Shown here piece after piece: positions 50,319 through 60,667 of a DNA stretch of 64,000 nucleotides. Numbering within the stretch: position 1 is the stretch's first letter; every line of letters begins with the position of its first letter. The notes under the pieces are model-generated. The model was not told the origin of the DNA, did not search any database, and saw only the letters and a list, made by a program, of their open reading frames with translations. The stretch is from the IMG/VR virus record IMGVR_UViG_3300035034_000851, positions 24,951 to 88,950 of that record; one strand, given 5' to 3'. The translations under genes and the position numbers were made by a program. Origin of the DNA: a virus.

Positions 50319-52479
50319 ATACGATCCAAAAATAGCAGAGGTTATAACAGATATTAAATCAACTATACCTGAAGAGGTAAAAGATTTAGTGTCTGATTTA
50401 TCTTTTAGAAATCCAGTTTCTAATTTAAATAGAGATTATCTTTTGTTTAAAGATAGTAGTGTGTTTACACCTGCTGCTAATGAATTTGATTTAAATGAAA
50501 GTAAAGGTAACACTTGTTACACTACGGCTATACCTGGAAGCTCTCAATATTATAAATATTGGCAAGAGCAAAAAGATAGATGTTTAAATGGTTTTACAAT
50601 TGGAGGAGTTTATATTACAGGAGAACATTACTTTTATTTAAACTTTTGTAGAATAGAAAAAACAGTTACAAAACCAGATGGAAGGGAAACTAAGGAATTA
50701 GGATTCCCTAATTTTGTTTCTATGGACTATTACTATTTCTTAGAATTAGAACTTTGTGAAAACCCTGTAAAATTTGGAAAATCTAGTAAAGATAAAAAAG
50801 GAATTATACTAGCAAAAGCTAGACGTAAAGGATTCTCATTTAAAAATGCTGCAGGTGCTGTATGGATATACACATTCTTCTCTAAATCTAGAGTTGTAAT
50901 TGCAGCTGAAATTGAAGACAAAGCTATTAACACATTTAACATGGCTAAGAATATGTGTAACTTCTTAAATGAATACACAGAATTTAGACACTCTAAACTA
51001 AAAGATACTCAAACATTTATTAGGTCTGGTTGGATGGAAAAAATTAATGGACAAGATGTTGAAAAGGGATTCTTATCTGAAATAAAAATTCTTACTCTTA
51101 AAGATAATCCAGATAAATCCGCAGGTCTATCTTGTACTAGATTTATATTTGAGGAGGGTGGTCTTATTAACATGCTAAAAAAAGCTTACAGATTTGCTGA
51201 ACCTACTTTAAGAGATGGTGAAACGTGGATTGGTATACCTATTATATTTGGTACAGGTGGTGACATGGAGGGATCTACACAAGATTTTGCAGAGATGCAT
51301 AACTCACCTTCAGATTATGGTTTAGCAGAGTATGATAACATATACGAAGAAAATGAAACACAAAGTAAGTCAGGTTTATTTGTAGATGAAATGTGGTTTA
51401 GACCAGGTGCATCTTATGTAGATGAAAATGGTAAATTACATGTTTCAATGGATAAAAATGGAAACTCTTTTAGATGGGTAGCTGAATTGTCTTTGGATAA
51501 AGAACGTAAAGTAGCTTCTAAGGGATCTAAAGAAGATTATGATGTATCCATTACTCAAAAGTGTAAAACTCCAACAGAAGCTTTCCTAAAGCCTGAAGGA
51601 AACGTATTTCCAGTTGCTTTACTTAAAAGAGTTAAGAGCAGGTTAAAAATGAACAACAGATATAAAAATATAGGAGTTCCTGGAAAGTTAGAAAGAACTA
51701 GAGATCCACAGAGACCTATTAAATTTATACCTGACAGATCGTTAGAACCTATATATTCTTATCCTCACAAAAAATCAAACAATGCTGAAAGTGCTGTAAT
51801 GATTTATCAAAGTCCGCCAGAAACTGATTATCCTTCTGAAATGTATAAGATAGGGTATGACCCTGTTAAGTTTGATGTAGATAATAAATCTGCATATAAA
51901 TCTTTAGCATCATTAATAGTGTATAAAGGTTATCAAAAATTTGATCACGGTTATGATGAAATAGTAGCAGAATATACAGGTAGATATGAATCTACAGATG
52001 ATATAAATGAGGTTGCTATGATGTTATCTATGTATTATGGTAATGCTAAAATAATGCATGAGAATGAAATAGGTAAAGATGTTATGGCTTATTTTCATAG
52101 AAAAGGTAAAGTACATTTATTAGAACATCAACCTGATTCAGCAATGGGTAAGGTTATAAAGAATTCTAAAGTATCTCGTGTGTATGGTGCTCCTATGAAT
52201 GACAAGATGAAAGGTGCTTGTGAAAAATGGTGTTACAATTGGTTAATGATAGAAAGAGGTATAAGTGAGGAAGGGGAAACTATATTTAATTTAGACCTTA
52301 TACCTTCACTTGGACTAATAGAAGAACTTATGGCATACAGCAGATCTGGTAACTTTGATAGAGTGATGGCTTTATTCCAGTTAATGCTAGTGATTGAAGA
52401 ATATAAAGAAGAAGAGTTTAAAGAAAAAAATGTAAATACGATTGCTAGCCAATTACTTAATAGATTAGAAAATAAATAA
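50311..52479 (+). CDS. terL: Terminase large subunit
   Basis: crAss-type KARRKGFS Walker A, FEEGG, GTGG, GYDP and NFDRV motifs. Confidence 0.93.
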   Translation: MTKYDPKIAEVITDIKSTIPEEVKDLVSDLSFRNPVSNLNRDYLLFKDSSVFTPAANEFDLNESKGNTCYTTAIPGSSQYYKYWQEQKDRCLNGFTIGGVYITGEHYFYLNFCRIEKTVTKPDGRETKELGFPNFVSMDYYYFLELELCENPVKFGKSSKDKKGIILAKARRKGFSFKNAAGAVWIYTFFSKSRVVIAAEIEDKAINTFNMAKNMCNFLNEYTEFRHSKLKDTQTFIRSGWMEKINGQDVEKGFLSEIKILTLKDNPDKSAGLSCTRFIFEEGGLINMLKKAYRFAEPTLRDGETWIGIPIIFGTGGDMEGSTQDFAEMHNSPSDYGLAEYDNIYEENETQSKSGLFVDEMWFRPGASYVDENGKLHVSMDKNGNSFRWVAELSLDKERKVASKGSKEDYDVSITQKCKTPTEAFLKPEGNVFPVALLKRVKSRLKMNNRYKNIGVPGKLERTRDPQRPIKFIPDRSLEPIYSYPHKKSNNAESAVMIYQSPPETDYPSEMYKIGYDPVKFDVDNKSAYKSLASLIVYKGYQKFDHGYDEIVAEYTGRYESTDDINEVAMMLSMYYGNAKIMHENEIGKDVMAYFHRKGKVHLLEHQPDSAMGKVIKNSKVSRVYGAPMNDKMKGACEKWCYNWLMIERGISEEGETIFNLDLIPSLGLIEELMAYSRSGNFDRVMALFQLMLVIEEYKEEEFKEKNVNTIASQLLNRLENK

Positions 52480-52480
52480 A

Positions 52481-54895
52481 ATGGAAAATAAAAAAGTTGT
52501 TTATAAAAACAGAGTGTCAAAATCTCAAAAAACAAAAGAATGGCATATTGCCAAAGCTAGAGAAATTAGTACAGATAGTAACTATTCCTCAAACTACAAA
52601 AAGAACAAAATAAATTATGATGCTGTAAATGGTATACTTAATCAAGAAAATTTTGAACACATTACAAAACCTCATGGATTTTCAAGTGGAGACTTAGCAG
52701 ATGAAATGCATAATTTTCCTATACTTACTTCTCATTTTAAATATTTAGAAGGAGAGATGTTAAAACGTCCAGATAACACTAGAATATTTACTACAAATCC
52801 TGAAGCAGTTCAAGAAAATAATAAAAAGAAAGGTGAGTTAACTTCTATGTATGTAGTTAATGAAATTAAAAAAGCTAGAATGGAAGAAGCTCTTAAAAGT
52901 AATCCAGATTTGCAAGAAAAAGAAATTGCTAAAATGGAACAAGAGGTTATGTCCCCAGAAGAAATTGCGGATTATATGAGAGACTACAGAGACTCATATG
53001 AAACAATGGCTCAAGAAATTTACAATCATCTTAAAGAAGATCAATTCTTAAAAGAAAAAGATAGAACAGCTTGGAAGCATGGATTAACTTCAGCTTTTGA
53101 AATATACTATACTGGTATTGTTAATAAAAAACCAATAGGTAAAGTTGTTAATCCTTTAAGATTTTCTTGTGATATGGATTCAGATTTAATGTTTATTCAC
53201 GAAGGTGAATGGGCTACTACATATGATTACATGAGTCCATCTAGAGTTGTATCTATGTTTCCTAACTTAACTAAATCTGAAATAGATAGAATTTATGAAG
53301 GAAGCAGTAGAGGTGGTGGAGCTAGAACTAGAATAGATGACAAATGGGAAATAGAATCTGATGTAGATCAAAATGACTGGTTCTCTTTAGATACTGATGG
53401 TAGTCCAGCTACTACTAGTAATAAATCTAAAGTTATGCATCATGTTTGGAGAGATTGGTACAAAGTAGGCTTTTTAACTTACATGGATGAAGACGAAGGT
53501 ATTCAAGTTATGCGTGTGCCAGAAGGTTACAGTGTAAATGAAGAAAGAGGAGATTTAAGTATTAAGTGGGAATGGTATCCAGAGATTAGACAAATAACTG
53601 AAATTAATGATGATATTTGGACAGATTGGGGAGCAGTAGATAAATTTTATGATAATGAGGATGATCCTTATGATTGCCCATTACCTTACACAGGTGTTAT
53701 ACATAATAATTTAAATTCACAACCAGTAGGTCCAGTAGATTTAATGTTACCTTTTCAATACTTTGCTAATATTGTATTTAGATTAATACAAAGAGATATA
53801 GCTTCTGATAAAGGTAAAAAACTACTAGCAAATATTAATCAAATTCCTACATCAATGGGAATAGATCTAGATAAATGGCAACATTACTTAAATGTAGATG
53901 ACATTATTTGGATAAATCCTAATGAAGAAGGTAATAGAGGTAATAATGACATGACTTCTTGGAGAAGTGTTGATATGACTGCAGCTGCATCTATAGATAA
54001 AAAAGTACAATTACTAGAATATATTGATGCTCAATGTGGTAAAGTTATTGGAATGAATGATGCTAGAACAGGTCAACAGGGTAATAGAGAATTAGTTGGA
54101 ACTACGCAACAACAAATAGTTCAGTCTAACTATACTACAGAACCTTGGTTTGCTACACATGAGTTAGGTAAAAAAGCTTTTGTAACTCAACTTTTAAATG
54201 TTGCTAAATTTGCATATCATAAATATGGTACTGAAAATTTAACTTATATACTATCTGATTTATCTAAAAAGATTATTGAATTAGATTTAGAAAAATTACC
54301 TTTAGCAAGAATAGGTGCTTATATATCTTCTTCTTCTGAAGACATGAGAATGTATAATGAGTTAAAGCAATTAGCACATGCAGCTTTACAAAATCAATCT
54401 GCTACTTTAAGTTCTATTGCTAAAATGATTAGAGGTAATGCAACTCCAGGAGAATTAATAGATACTTTAGAAGGTGGCGAAATGAAAATGCAACAAATGC
54501 AAGCTCAAGGTGCTCAAGCAGAAAGAGAAGCTAATGCTGAAAATGAAAAAAATAAATTAGAATTAGAAAACACAAAACTACAAATGGAAAAATATAAAGC
54601 AGATTTAGTAGCTGAAACAGCTCGTTATGTTGCAGAAGTTGGTTCATTTAAGTTTGCAGAAACACAAGATAGTGATGGTAATGGAATTCCAGATCAGTTA
54701 GAAGTTGATAAATTTTTAGCAGATTCCGAGATAAGAATGAAAGAGTTAGACATGAAGTCTGATGAAATTAATAAAAAATTAGGTATAGAAACAGAAAAAA
54801 ATAGATTAAAAGAAAAAGAAATAGAAAGTAAAGAAAGAACAGAAAAGTTAAAAGCTAAGACAGCTTTAAAGAATAAAGTAAGTGGAGAGAAATAA
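52481..54895 (+). CDS. Portal protein
   Basis: 804-aa ORF after TerL with crAss-like portal features and a coiled-coil C terminus. Confidence 0.88.
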   Translation: MENKKVVYKNRVSKSQKTKEWHIAKAREISTDSNYSSNYKKNKINYDAVNGILNQENFEHITKPHGFSSGDLADEMHNFPILTSHFKYLEGEMLKRPDNTRIFTTNPEAVQENNKKKGELTSMYVVNEIKKARMEEALKSNPDLQEKEIAKMEQEVMSPEEIADYMRDYRDSYETMAQEIYNHLKEDQFLKEKDRTAWKHGLTSAFEIYYTGIVNKKPIGKVVNPLRFSCDMDSDLMFIHEGEWATTYDYMSPSRVVSMFPNLTKSEIDRIYEGSSRGGGARTRIDDKWEIESDVDQNDWFSLDTDGSPATTSNKSKVMHHVWRDWYKVGFLTYMDEDEGIQVMRVPEGYSVNEERGDLSIKWEWYPEIRQITEINDDIWTDWGAVDKFYDNEDDPYDCPLPYTGVIHNNLNSQPVGPVDLMLPFQYFANIVFRLIQRDIASDKGKKLLANINQIPTSMGIDLDKWQHYLNVDDIIWINPNEEGNRGNNDMTSWRSVDMTAAASIDKKVQLLEYIDAQCGKVIGMNDARTGQQGNRELVGTTQQQIVQSNYTTEPWFATHELGKKAFVTQLLNVAKFAYHKYGTENLTYILSDLSKKIIELDLEKLPLARIGAYISSSSEDMRMYNELKQLAHAALQNQSATLSSIAKMIRGNATPGELIDTLEGGEMKMQQMQAQGAQAEREANAENEKNKLELENTKLQMEKYKADLVAETARYVAEVGSFKFAETQDSDGNGIPDQLEVDKFLADSEIRMKELDMKSDEINKKLGIETEKNRLKEKEIESKERTEKLKAKTALKNKVSGEK

Positions 54896-54983
54896 GAAAA
54901 GGCTATACAGTGGCCAATAAAACTTATAAAACACACTAAATAAATTTGTAAAAGTAAATTAAAATAATTATAATTGTATTAAA

Positions 54984-56129
54984 ATGAGTGAAAAAACAAC
55001 ATTTGAAGATGTTTTCAGTGGAGACGATAGTGAGGATTGGGAATTCTTAGATGACGAGACTTTTGAAGTTGAAGATTCTAAAAAAAAATCATCCAAAAAA
55101 GAAGTAACTGATGAGGACGAGGAAGAAGAAGAAGAGGAATTAGAAGAAGAAGAGGAAGAAGAGGATGATAAATCTGATGATGAATCTGACGAATCTGAAG
55201 AAGAGGAAGAAGAAGGAGAGGGTAATGAAAATTTGCTTTCTTATATTACTGCAAAATGGGCAGATTCAGGATTAGTAAGCATACCAGAAGGTATGGATAT
55301 TGAAAATGAAGATGATTTAGATAAAATTATAGAACATACTATACAAGAACAAGTAAGTAATTACAAGAATTCTTTGTCAAGTGATTCTAAAAGTTTTATT
55401 GAGTTCATTGAAAAAGGTGGTAGAGCAACTGACTACATACAGATTTCTTCTAAAGAAGATTATGCTAACATAGAATCCTCTGATGAAGAGGGTAAATTGG
55501 AAGCAATTAAAGAGCTTTATAAAAGAAAAGGTTTAAGTTCTAACAGAATAAACACATTAGTAACTGCATTAGAAGATAATGAAGAAATTGATGAAGAGTT
55601 TGAAGACGCAAAAAAATTCTTTAAAGACGAAAAAGAGTCTGAGTTAAAAGAAATAGAAGATACTGAAACTGCTAGAAGAGCACTTCAGCAATCTGAACAA
55701 GCTGACAGAGAAAAAACTATTAAGGATTTAATTAAAAATTCTTCTGAAATAAATGATTTTCCAATTACTACTAAAAAATCAAAAGATGAACTTACTAGTT
55801 ATATATTTGATAGAAATAACAAATATGTAGATGATAATGGTAATGCTTATATGATTACACAGTATCAATTGGATAAAGTTGAAAGACAAAAAGTTAAAGA
55901 AGTAAAATTTGAGGATATAATTTTTGATGCACTATATACTAAAAATAAAGGTAAACTTACCTCTATTAAAAAGAAAGGTGTAACAGAACATTCCAACAAA
56001 TTTAAAGAACTAAGTAAGCAATACAAACAGCAATCCACGGCGTCAAAGTTAGCCACTGGAGGAGGAAAAAACTCTAAAAAGAGTTCTAAATCTAAATCAT
56101 CATTTAATGATTGGCTTGCTTTAGATTAA
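54984..56129 (+). CDS. Acidic scaffolding-like protein
   Basis: Long E/D tract; lies between portal and MCP. Confidence 0.7.
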   Translation: MSEKTTFEDVFSGDDSEDWEFLDDETFEVEDSKKKSSKKEVTDEDEEEEEEELEEEEEEEDDKSDDESDESEEEEEEGEGNENLLSYITAKWADSGLVSIPEGMDIENEDDLDKIIEHTIQEQVSNYKNSLSSDSKSFIEFIEKGGRATDYIQISSKEDYANIESSDEEGKLEAIKELYKRKGLSSNRINTLVTALEDNEEIDEEFEDAKKFFKDEKESELKEIEDTETARRALQQSEQADREKTIKDLIKNSSEINDFPITTKKSKDELTSYIFDRNNKYVDDNGNAYMITQYQLDKVERQKVKEVKFEDIIFDALYTKNKGKLTSIKKKGVTEHSNKFKELSKQYKQQSTASKLATGGGKNSKKSSKSKSSFNDWLALD

Positions 56130-56159
56130 TAAATAAATAAATAAATAAAACAAAAAACA

Positions 56160-57608
56160 ATGGCAAATTTAAATTTAAAAGCAAAAGTACGCCACAGACC
56201 GTGGCATGCTAACGATACAGAAATGAACCACCTTGCAAAGGCAGGTTTGGTATCACCAGAAAAAGTATCTAGAAAACTTGAGCGTCAGTTCATATCTAGA
56301 TCAAATATGTATAATCCAATGCAAGCGTATGCTGATGCAAATCCTTCACGTGTGAAGAAAATGACTCAAGACGTTTACGAATGGGAACTAATGGGAGCGT
56401 CTGATAGACCTCTTGTATGTGTTCGTGATTTAGAACCAGCTAACCTTAAAAAAGGTCTTGGTAAATCACAATTTGAGATTATGTTGGATGCTAATTGGTA
56501 TAAAGTAGGTGATGTAATAGCCCCTGCTAACAAAAAGTACTTGCTAAGAGTACAAGCACCCCCAGTTAAAGTTGGTGGAGCTAAAGGTTATAAATACACA
56601 GTTATGTTTCAAGAAGATGACAAAACAATGTTTCTTCCAAACTCATACCTAAGAACAGGAGCTAAATTCTCAAAACTATTCTCTACTTATGGAGAAGGTT
56701 CTGATAGTGCAGGTTCTGTACATTTTGCAATGCCTTTTTCTCTTAGAACGCAAACTTCTAAGATTAAGAAGGAATACAAGATTACAGGTGATGCTGCGTC
56801 TAAAGGAGTGCTAGAAATTGCACTAATGGATGCTAATAACAAAGTACATGAATCTAAATGGATCAATTATGCAGATGCTGAATTTAAGGCACAGTTCGCT
56901 CGTGAGAGAGAATTCTTATTTTGGTATGGAAGAGAGTCTAATGGTACTCCTGACACTACTGGTCGTCCAGTAAGAACAGGTGCTGGTATAGAACAACTGA
57001 TGGAATCAGGTCATCTTCATTATTATAACAAATTAAGCACTAAGCTTATTCAAGAGTATCTTGAAGACATTTTTTATAATAGAGTAGGATTTAATTCACG
57101 TCACGTACAGTCTTACACAGGTGAGTACGGATCAGCTTCTCTACATAAAGCATTAGAAAGTGATGCTAGTAAGTTCCTTACAATGGATACTTCTATCATT
57201 AATGATGCTGCAGGTTCTGAATTCAATAAGAATGCTAAAGAATTTGGTCGTCAGTTTGTACGTTATAGAGGAATTAATGGTGTTGTTTTTGACATAAACC
57301 ATAATCCTTGTTATGATGATACTTCTAAACAATGGTTGGTAGACCCAGTAACAGGAAAGCCTGCAGAATCCCAGAAATTTACTTTCTTTGATCTTTCAGA
57401 CTCAACTGGTGGTGGTAACCTAGAAATACTACAAGGTGAAAAGAAGTCAGGTTATGTATCTGGTCTTACTTCTCCTTATGGTGCTAACCGTGGTGAAATG
57501 ATGAGTAATTCTGAAGATGCTTATACTATGATTGAGCAAGAGGAAGCAGGTGTTAAAATAACAGATGTTTCTAGATGTGGTCAACTTAGACTAAGTATTA
57601 GTAAATAA
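56160..57608 (+). CDS. Major capsid protein
   Basis: 482 aa, highly-expressed codon bias, crAss-like gene order, followed by a terminator. Confidence 0.9.
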   Translation: MANLNLKAKVRHRPWHANDTEMNHLAKAGLVSPEKVSRKLERQFISRSNMYNPMQAYADANPSRVKKMTQDVYEWELMGASDRPLVCVRDLEPANLKKGLGKSQFEIMLDANWYKVGDVIAPANKKYLLRVQAPPVKVGGAKGYKYTVMFQEDDKTMFLPNSYLRTGAKFSKLFSTYGEGSDSAGSVHFAMPFSLRTQTSKIKKEYKITGDAASKGVLEIALMDANNKVHESKWINYADAEFKAQFAREREFLFWYGRESNGTPDTTGRPVRTGAGIEQLMESGHLHYYNKLSTKLIQEYLEDIFYNRVGFNSRHVQSYTGEYGSASLHKALESDASKFLTMDTSIINDAAGSEFNKNAKEFGRQFVRYRGINGVVFDINHNPCYDDTSKQWLVDPVTGKPAESQKFTFFDLSDSTGGGNLEILQGEKKSGYVSGLTSPYGANRGEMMSNSEDAYTMIEQEEAGVKITDVSRCGQLRLSISK

Positions 57609-57617
57609 ATAAAAACT

Positions 57618-57650
57618 TATAGGGAGAGCATAACACTCTCCCTATATTTT
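57618..57650 (+). terminator. Terminator after MCP
   Basis: TATAGGGAGAG/CTCTCCCTATA hairpin. Confidence 0.8.
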
Positions 57651-57653
57651 AAA

Positions 57654-58475
57654 TTGATATATATATATAAAATGAGAGAAATAAAAGAAGCAACAGTAAT
57701 AGTAAGACCCGTAATTAGGAAAAAGCCTTGGGTTAATACTAAAGAATTTGATAAAAATAAATTACATAATGCTAGTACAGTATTAGTTCCAGATTATGAT
57801 TCCTATGGTTTACATACTGGATTAACTGAAGAAAGCGAATCTAAGTTTGAAAAACTATTAGGTTATCCTGAAAAGCATTTAGCTAGTGTAATTACTAATG
57901 AATATTGGACTAATTTTACCATTAAATTGAAAGATGAGCCAAATGTGTACCATAAAGCCACTCCAAGAGAGGCTCTTATAATTGAAGTACTAAAAGCACA
58001 TGGTAAAGTAGCCAATTCAATAGAAGATATTAGTCCTGATACAGACTTTTATATAGAAGATATAGAAGCTGAAGCAGAAGAAAATATTAAAAAAGTTGAA
58101 CTTAAAGAAGAAGCATTCCTTAAATTTGCTAAACTTTCATCTCAAGGTAAAAAAGACATATTAAAAATATATGGAGAAGGTGGAGATACTGTAAGTGATA
58201 CTACTATAAAACAAATGTTAGCGTCTAAATTAGAGGATAGTCCAGAAAAGTTTTTAAGTATTACTAAACTATCTAAAGAAATAGTAAAGATTAGAGCTTT
58301 CATATTTGATTTAGAAGATTATGGTGTAATTAGAAAAAGAGCAGATGTTTACTTTGATGGAGACAATAGCTTAGGAGATATTAGAATATTCTCTGAATTC
58401 CTATTACAACCAGATAAGCAATCTTCTTATATAATGTATAAAGATAGATTAGAGCATTCTAAACTAAGTAGCTAA
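57654..58475 (+). CDS. Conserved crAss-like protein downstream of MCP
   Basis: Synteny with the crAss-like capsid module. Confidence 0.65.
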   Translation: MIYIYKMREIKEATVIVRPVIRKKPWVNTKEFDKNKLHNASTVLVPDYDSYGLHTGLTEESESKFEKLLGYPEKHLASVITNEYWTNFTIKLKDEPNVYHKATPREALIIEVLKAHGKVANSIEDISPDTDFYIEDIEAEAEENIKKVELKEEAFLKFAKLSSQGKKDILKIYGEGGDTVSDTTIKQMLASKLEDSPEKFLSITKLSKEIVKIRAFIFDLEDYGVIRKRADVYFDGDNSLGDIRIFSEFLLQPDKQSSYIMYKDRLEHSKLSS

Positions 58476-58480
58476 ATTTA

Positions 58481-59251
58481 ATGACTGTAGAAGAACAACA
58501 TATTGATTTTAAAAGGAAACTTAATAAAGTTGATTCACAGAATTACAGAAATTTTAGACCTGAAGAAATAGATTTATACCTAAATGAAGGTCAAGAACTT
58601 TTTGTTAAGAAAAGAATTAACCGTAATAATACATATCAACTTGGTTTTGAAACTACTCAAAAAAGAATAGAAGACCTAAGAGATATACATATTAAGTTTG
58701 AAGGTGATACATTACAGCCTTTAACAGCTTCTATTGTTAATGCTAATGTCTACAGATTTAATTTAGAGGATTTAGGGTTAGTAAATGGTAAATTAAAATA
58801 TCTTTACAAAACTAGAGTAAGCTTTAAAGGTACTAAAGGTGAATGTACTAATGTAAGCCTAGATGGTATTGCTGCTCAAACTGATGATTTAAATGAAATA
58901 CTAAGATCAGAGTTTTATAACCCCTCATTTGAGTGGAGACAAGCTCCTTACTTATTTTCAGAAAATTTCTTGTATGTATATACAGATGGAACATTTTCAA
59001 TAACAGAGTTAGAGTTAGATTACATTAAAAGACCATTAAAAATAGCTAATCCAAATGCTATAAAAAATAATTTGGGAGCTGTTATAGGATATAATTACCC
59101 TGACGGTACTACTGCAGTACAGACAGACTGTGAATTACAGTCTATGTATGTTACTTCAGAAATAGTAGATGAATCAATTGTATTAGCAATGATGGATTTA
59201 GGGGATCAAAGAGTACAACTTGGAAATACTAAGTTGAATATAAACGAATAA
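58481..59251 (+). CDS. Head-tail adaptor / tail ring protein
   Basis: NKVDSQ...EEID.YLN..Q, FE..QKRIEDL and YIKRP patterns. Confidence 0.7.
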   Translation: MTVEEQHIDFKRKLNKVDSQNYRNFRPEEIDLYLNEGQELFVKKRINRNNTYQLGFETTQKRIEDLRDIHIKFEGDTLQPLTASIVNANVYRFNLEDLGLVNGKLKYLYKTRVSFKGTKGECTNVSLDGIAAQTDDLNEILRSEFYNPSFEWRQAPYLFSENFLYVYTDGTFSITELELDYIKRPLKIANPNAIKNNLGAVIGYNYPDGTTAVQTDCELQSMYVTSEIVDESIVLAMMDLGDQRVQLGNTKLNINE

Positions 59252-59264
59252 ATAAATAAATAAA

Positions 59265-60584
59265 ATGGAAAAAAGAGTAAGTAAATTTTTGTCACTAGTA
59301 AATAGTGGTAAAGCAGTAGTATCTAACGGTACAAGTCTTTATAATCTAACAACTGGTGCTTTTAATATAGACCCAGGACAACTTGGAATGTTTGACTATA
59401 ATACAAAAATAGCTATCTCTTCTTCTGTTCCTTCAACTACTAAAAAAGTATATTTTGTAGTAGGAGTAGATGCAGACGGAGATGGTACAACAGATAATTT
59501 AGAGGTTTCATTACCTATTGATATTAAGAGAGTGACAGGAGTGGAAAAACAAGATTACGTTGCACCTGTACCTCAAATGCAATTTATTAATTGGGCAAAA
59601 ACTAGTTGTGAAACTGACTATTGCTTAAAAGTAAATGTAGACTCTGTAGAGATTTCTGAATATTTAGGATTTAATCCTTTATATAAGACATTTACAGTTA
59701 CTACAGATTGTTGTGATGCAGATTGCGACACTTGTGGTGGTGGAGATTGTGCCCTTTTAGGAGCATCTCTTGTAGAGCAAATTAACGCAGATCCTGATAA
59801 ATTCTTTAGTGCAGCTTTAGTTACACCTGGAGACTTTACATTAGAGAATGTAGATTTAACATCTGACACAGAAGTAGACATAGTATTTAATGGAGTAACT
59901 ACTACTTCCGCAGCTGTAACAGTTTCTGATGACGCTGCTGGAGCACTTTTACTACAAAATTCTATTAGTGATGCTTTAGTTGCATCAGGTTTAGGAGGAA
60001 AAGCTACTGTAGTATTTAACGCTACTACTGACTTTACAGTATTAATTCTTAATTCAGCAGCTGCAAGTATTACGCTAGATTCTACAGGAGCTATTGCTTC
60101 TACAGATTCTGATGGATGTTCTGGAATATTGTTAACTACTAACTTTACCGCACTTTCTGATTTTTGTCAAATACCTACTAGTGTCTTAGATACTTCTGGT
60201 GTTAGTTTGACTATAACAGGACTATGTGGTTTTGATTGTAATTTAACTGTAACTGAGCCTCAAAAGCTTGTTTATGAAATGAACAACGGAGTTACCATTA
60301 AAAATAGAGAAGAAGAGTCTACAGGATTCGGAACTAACTTGCTATATAGATATACTTCATTAACTAATACTCCAGATAGTGTTATTAATAGAGATCTTTA
60401 TACAGATGCAAGTTTAAAATATGTAACGTATGCAATTGAGCATGTGGATAATCATGAAGGAGCACCTTCTGGCCATAGATTTGATAGTACACAATACACA
60501 ATATTAGCTGTTGCAACCTCGGGTGCTGGTGCAGGTTCTACTACAGAAACTGCTATAGATACACTTGTTGGTTTAATAGACTAA
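59265..60584 (+). CDS. Structural protein (capsid auxiliary or tail associated)
   Basis: Thr/Ser-rich with a Cys cluster; followed by a terminator. Confidence 0.55.
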   Translation: MEKRVSKFLSLVNSGKAVVSNGTSLYNLTTGAFNIDPGQLGMFDYNTKIAISSSVPSTTKKVYFVVGVDADGDGTTDNLEVSLPIDIKRVTGVEKQDYVAPVPQMQFINWAKTSCETDYCLKVNVDSVEISEYLGFNPLYKTFTVTTDCCDADCDTCGGGDCALLGASLVEQINADPDKFFSAALVTPGDFTLENVDLTSDTEVDIVFNGVTTTSAAVTVSDDAAGALLLQNSISDALVASGLGGKATVVFNATTDFTVLILNSAAASITLDSTGAIASTDSDGCSGILLTTNFTALSDFCQIPTSVLDTSGVSLTITGLCGFDCNLTVTEPQKLVYEMNNGVTIKNREEESTGFGTNLLYRYTSLTNTPDSVINRDLYTDASLKYVTYAIEHVDNHEGAPSGHRFDSTQYTILAVATSGAGAGSTTETAIDTLVGLID

Positions 60585-60610
60585 TTTTATATATCTTCAA
60601 TTGTTATAAT

Positions 60611-60642
60611 AGGGGTAATAGTTTATTCTGTTACCCCTTTTT
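60611..60642 (+). terminator. Rho-independent terminator
   Basis: AGGGGTAATAG/CTGTTACCCCT followed by a T-run. Confidence 0.8.
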
Positions 60643-60667
60643 ATATTAAAAAATAAAAAAAATTAAA

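Noticed and set aside
55110-55220. GAA/GAG low-complexity tract
   Set aside because: It encodes the acidic stretch of the scaffold protein.
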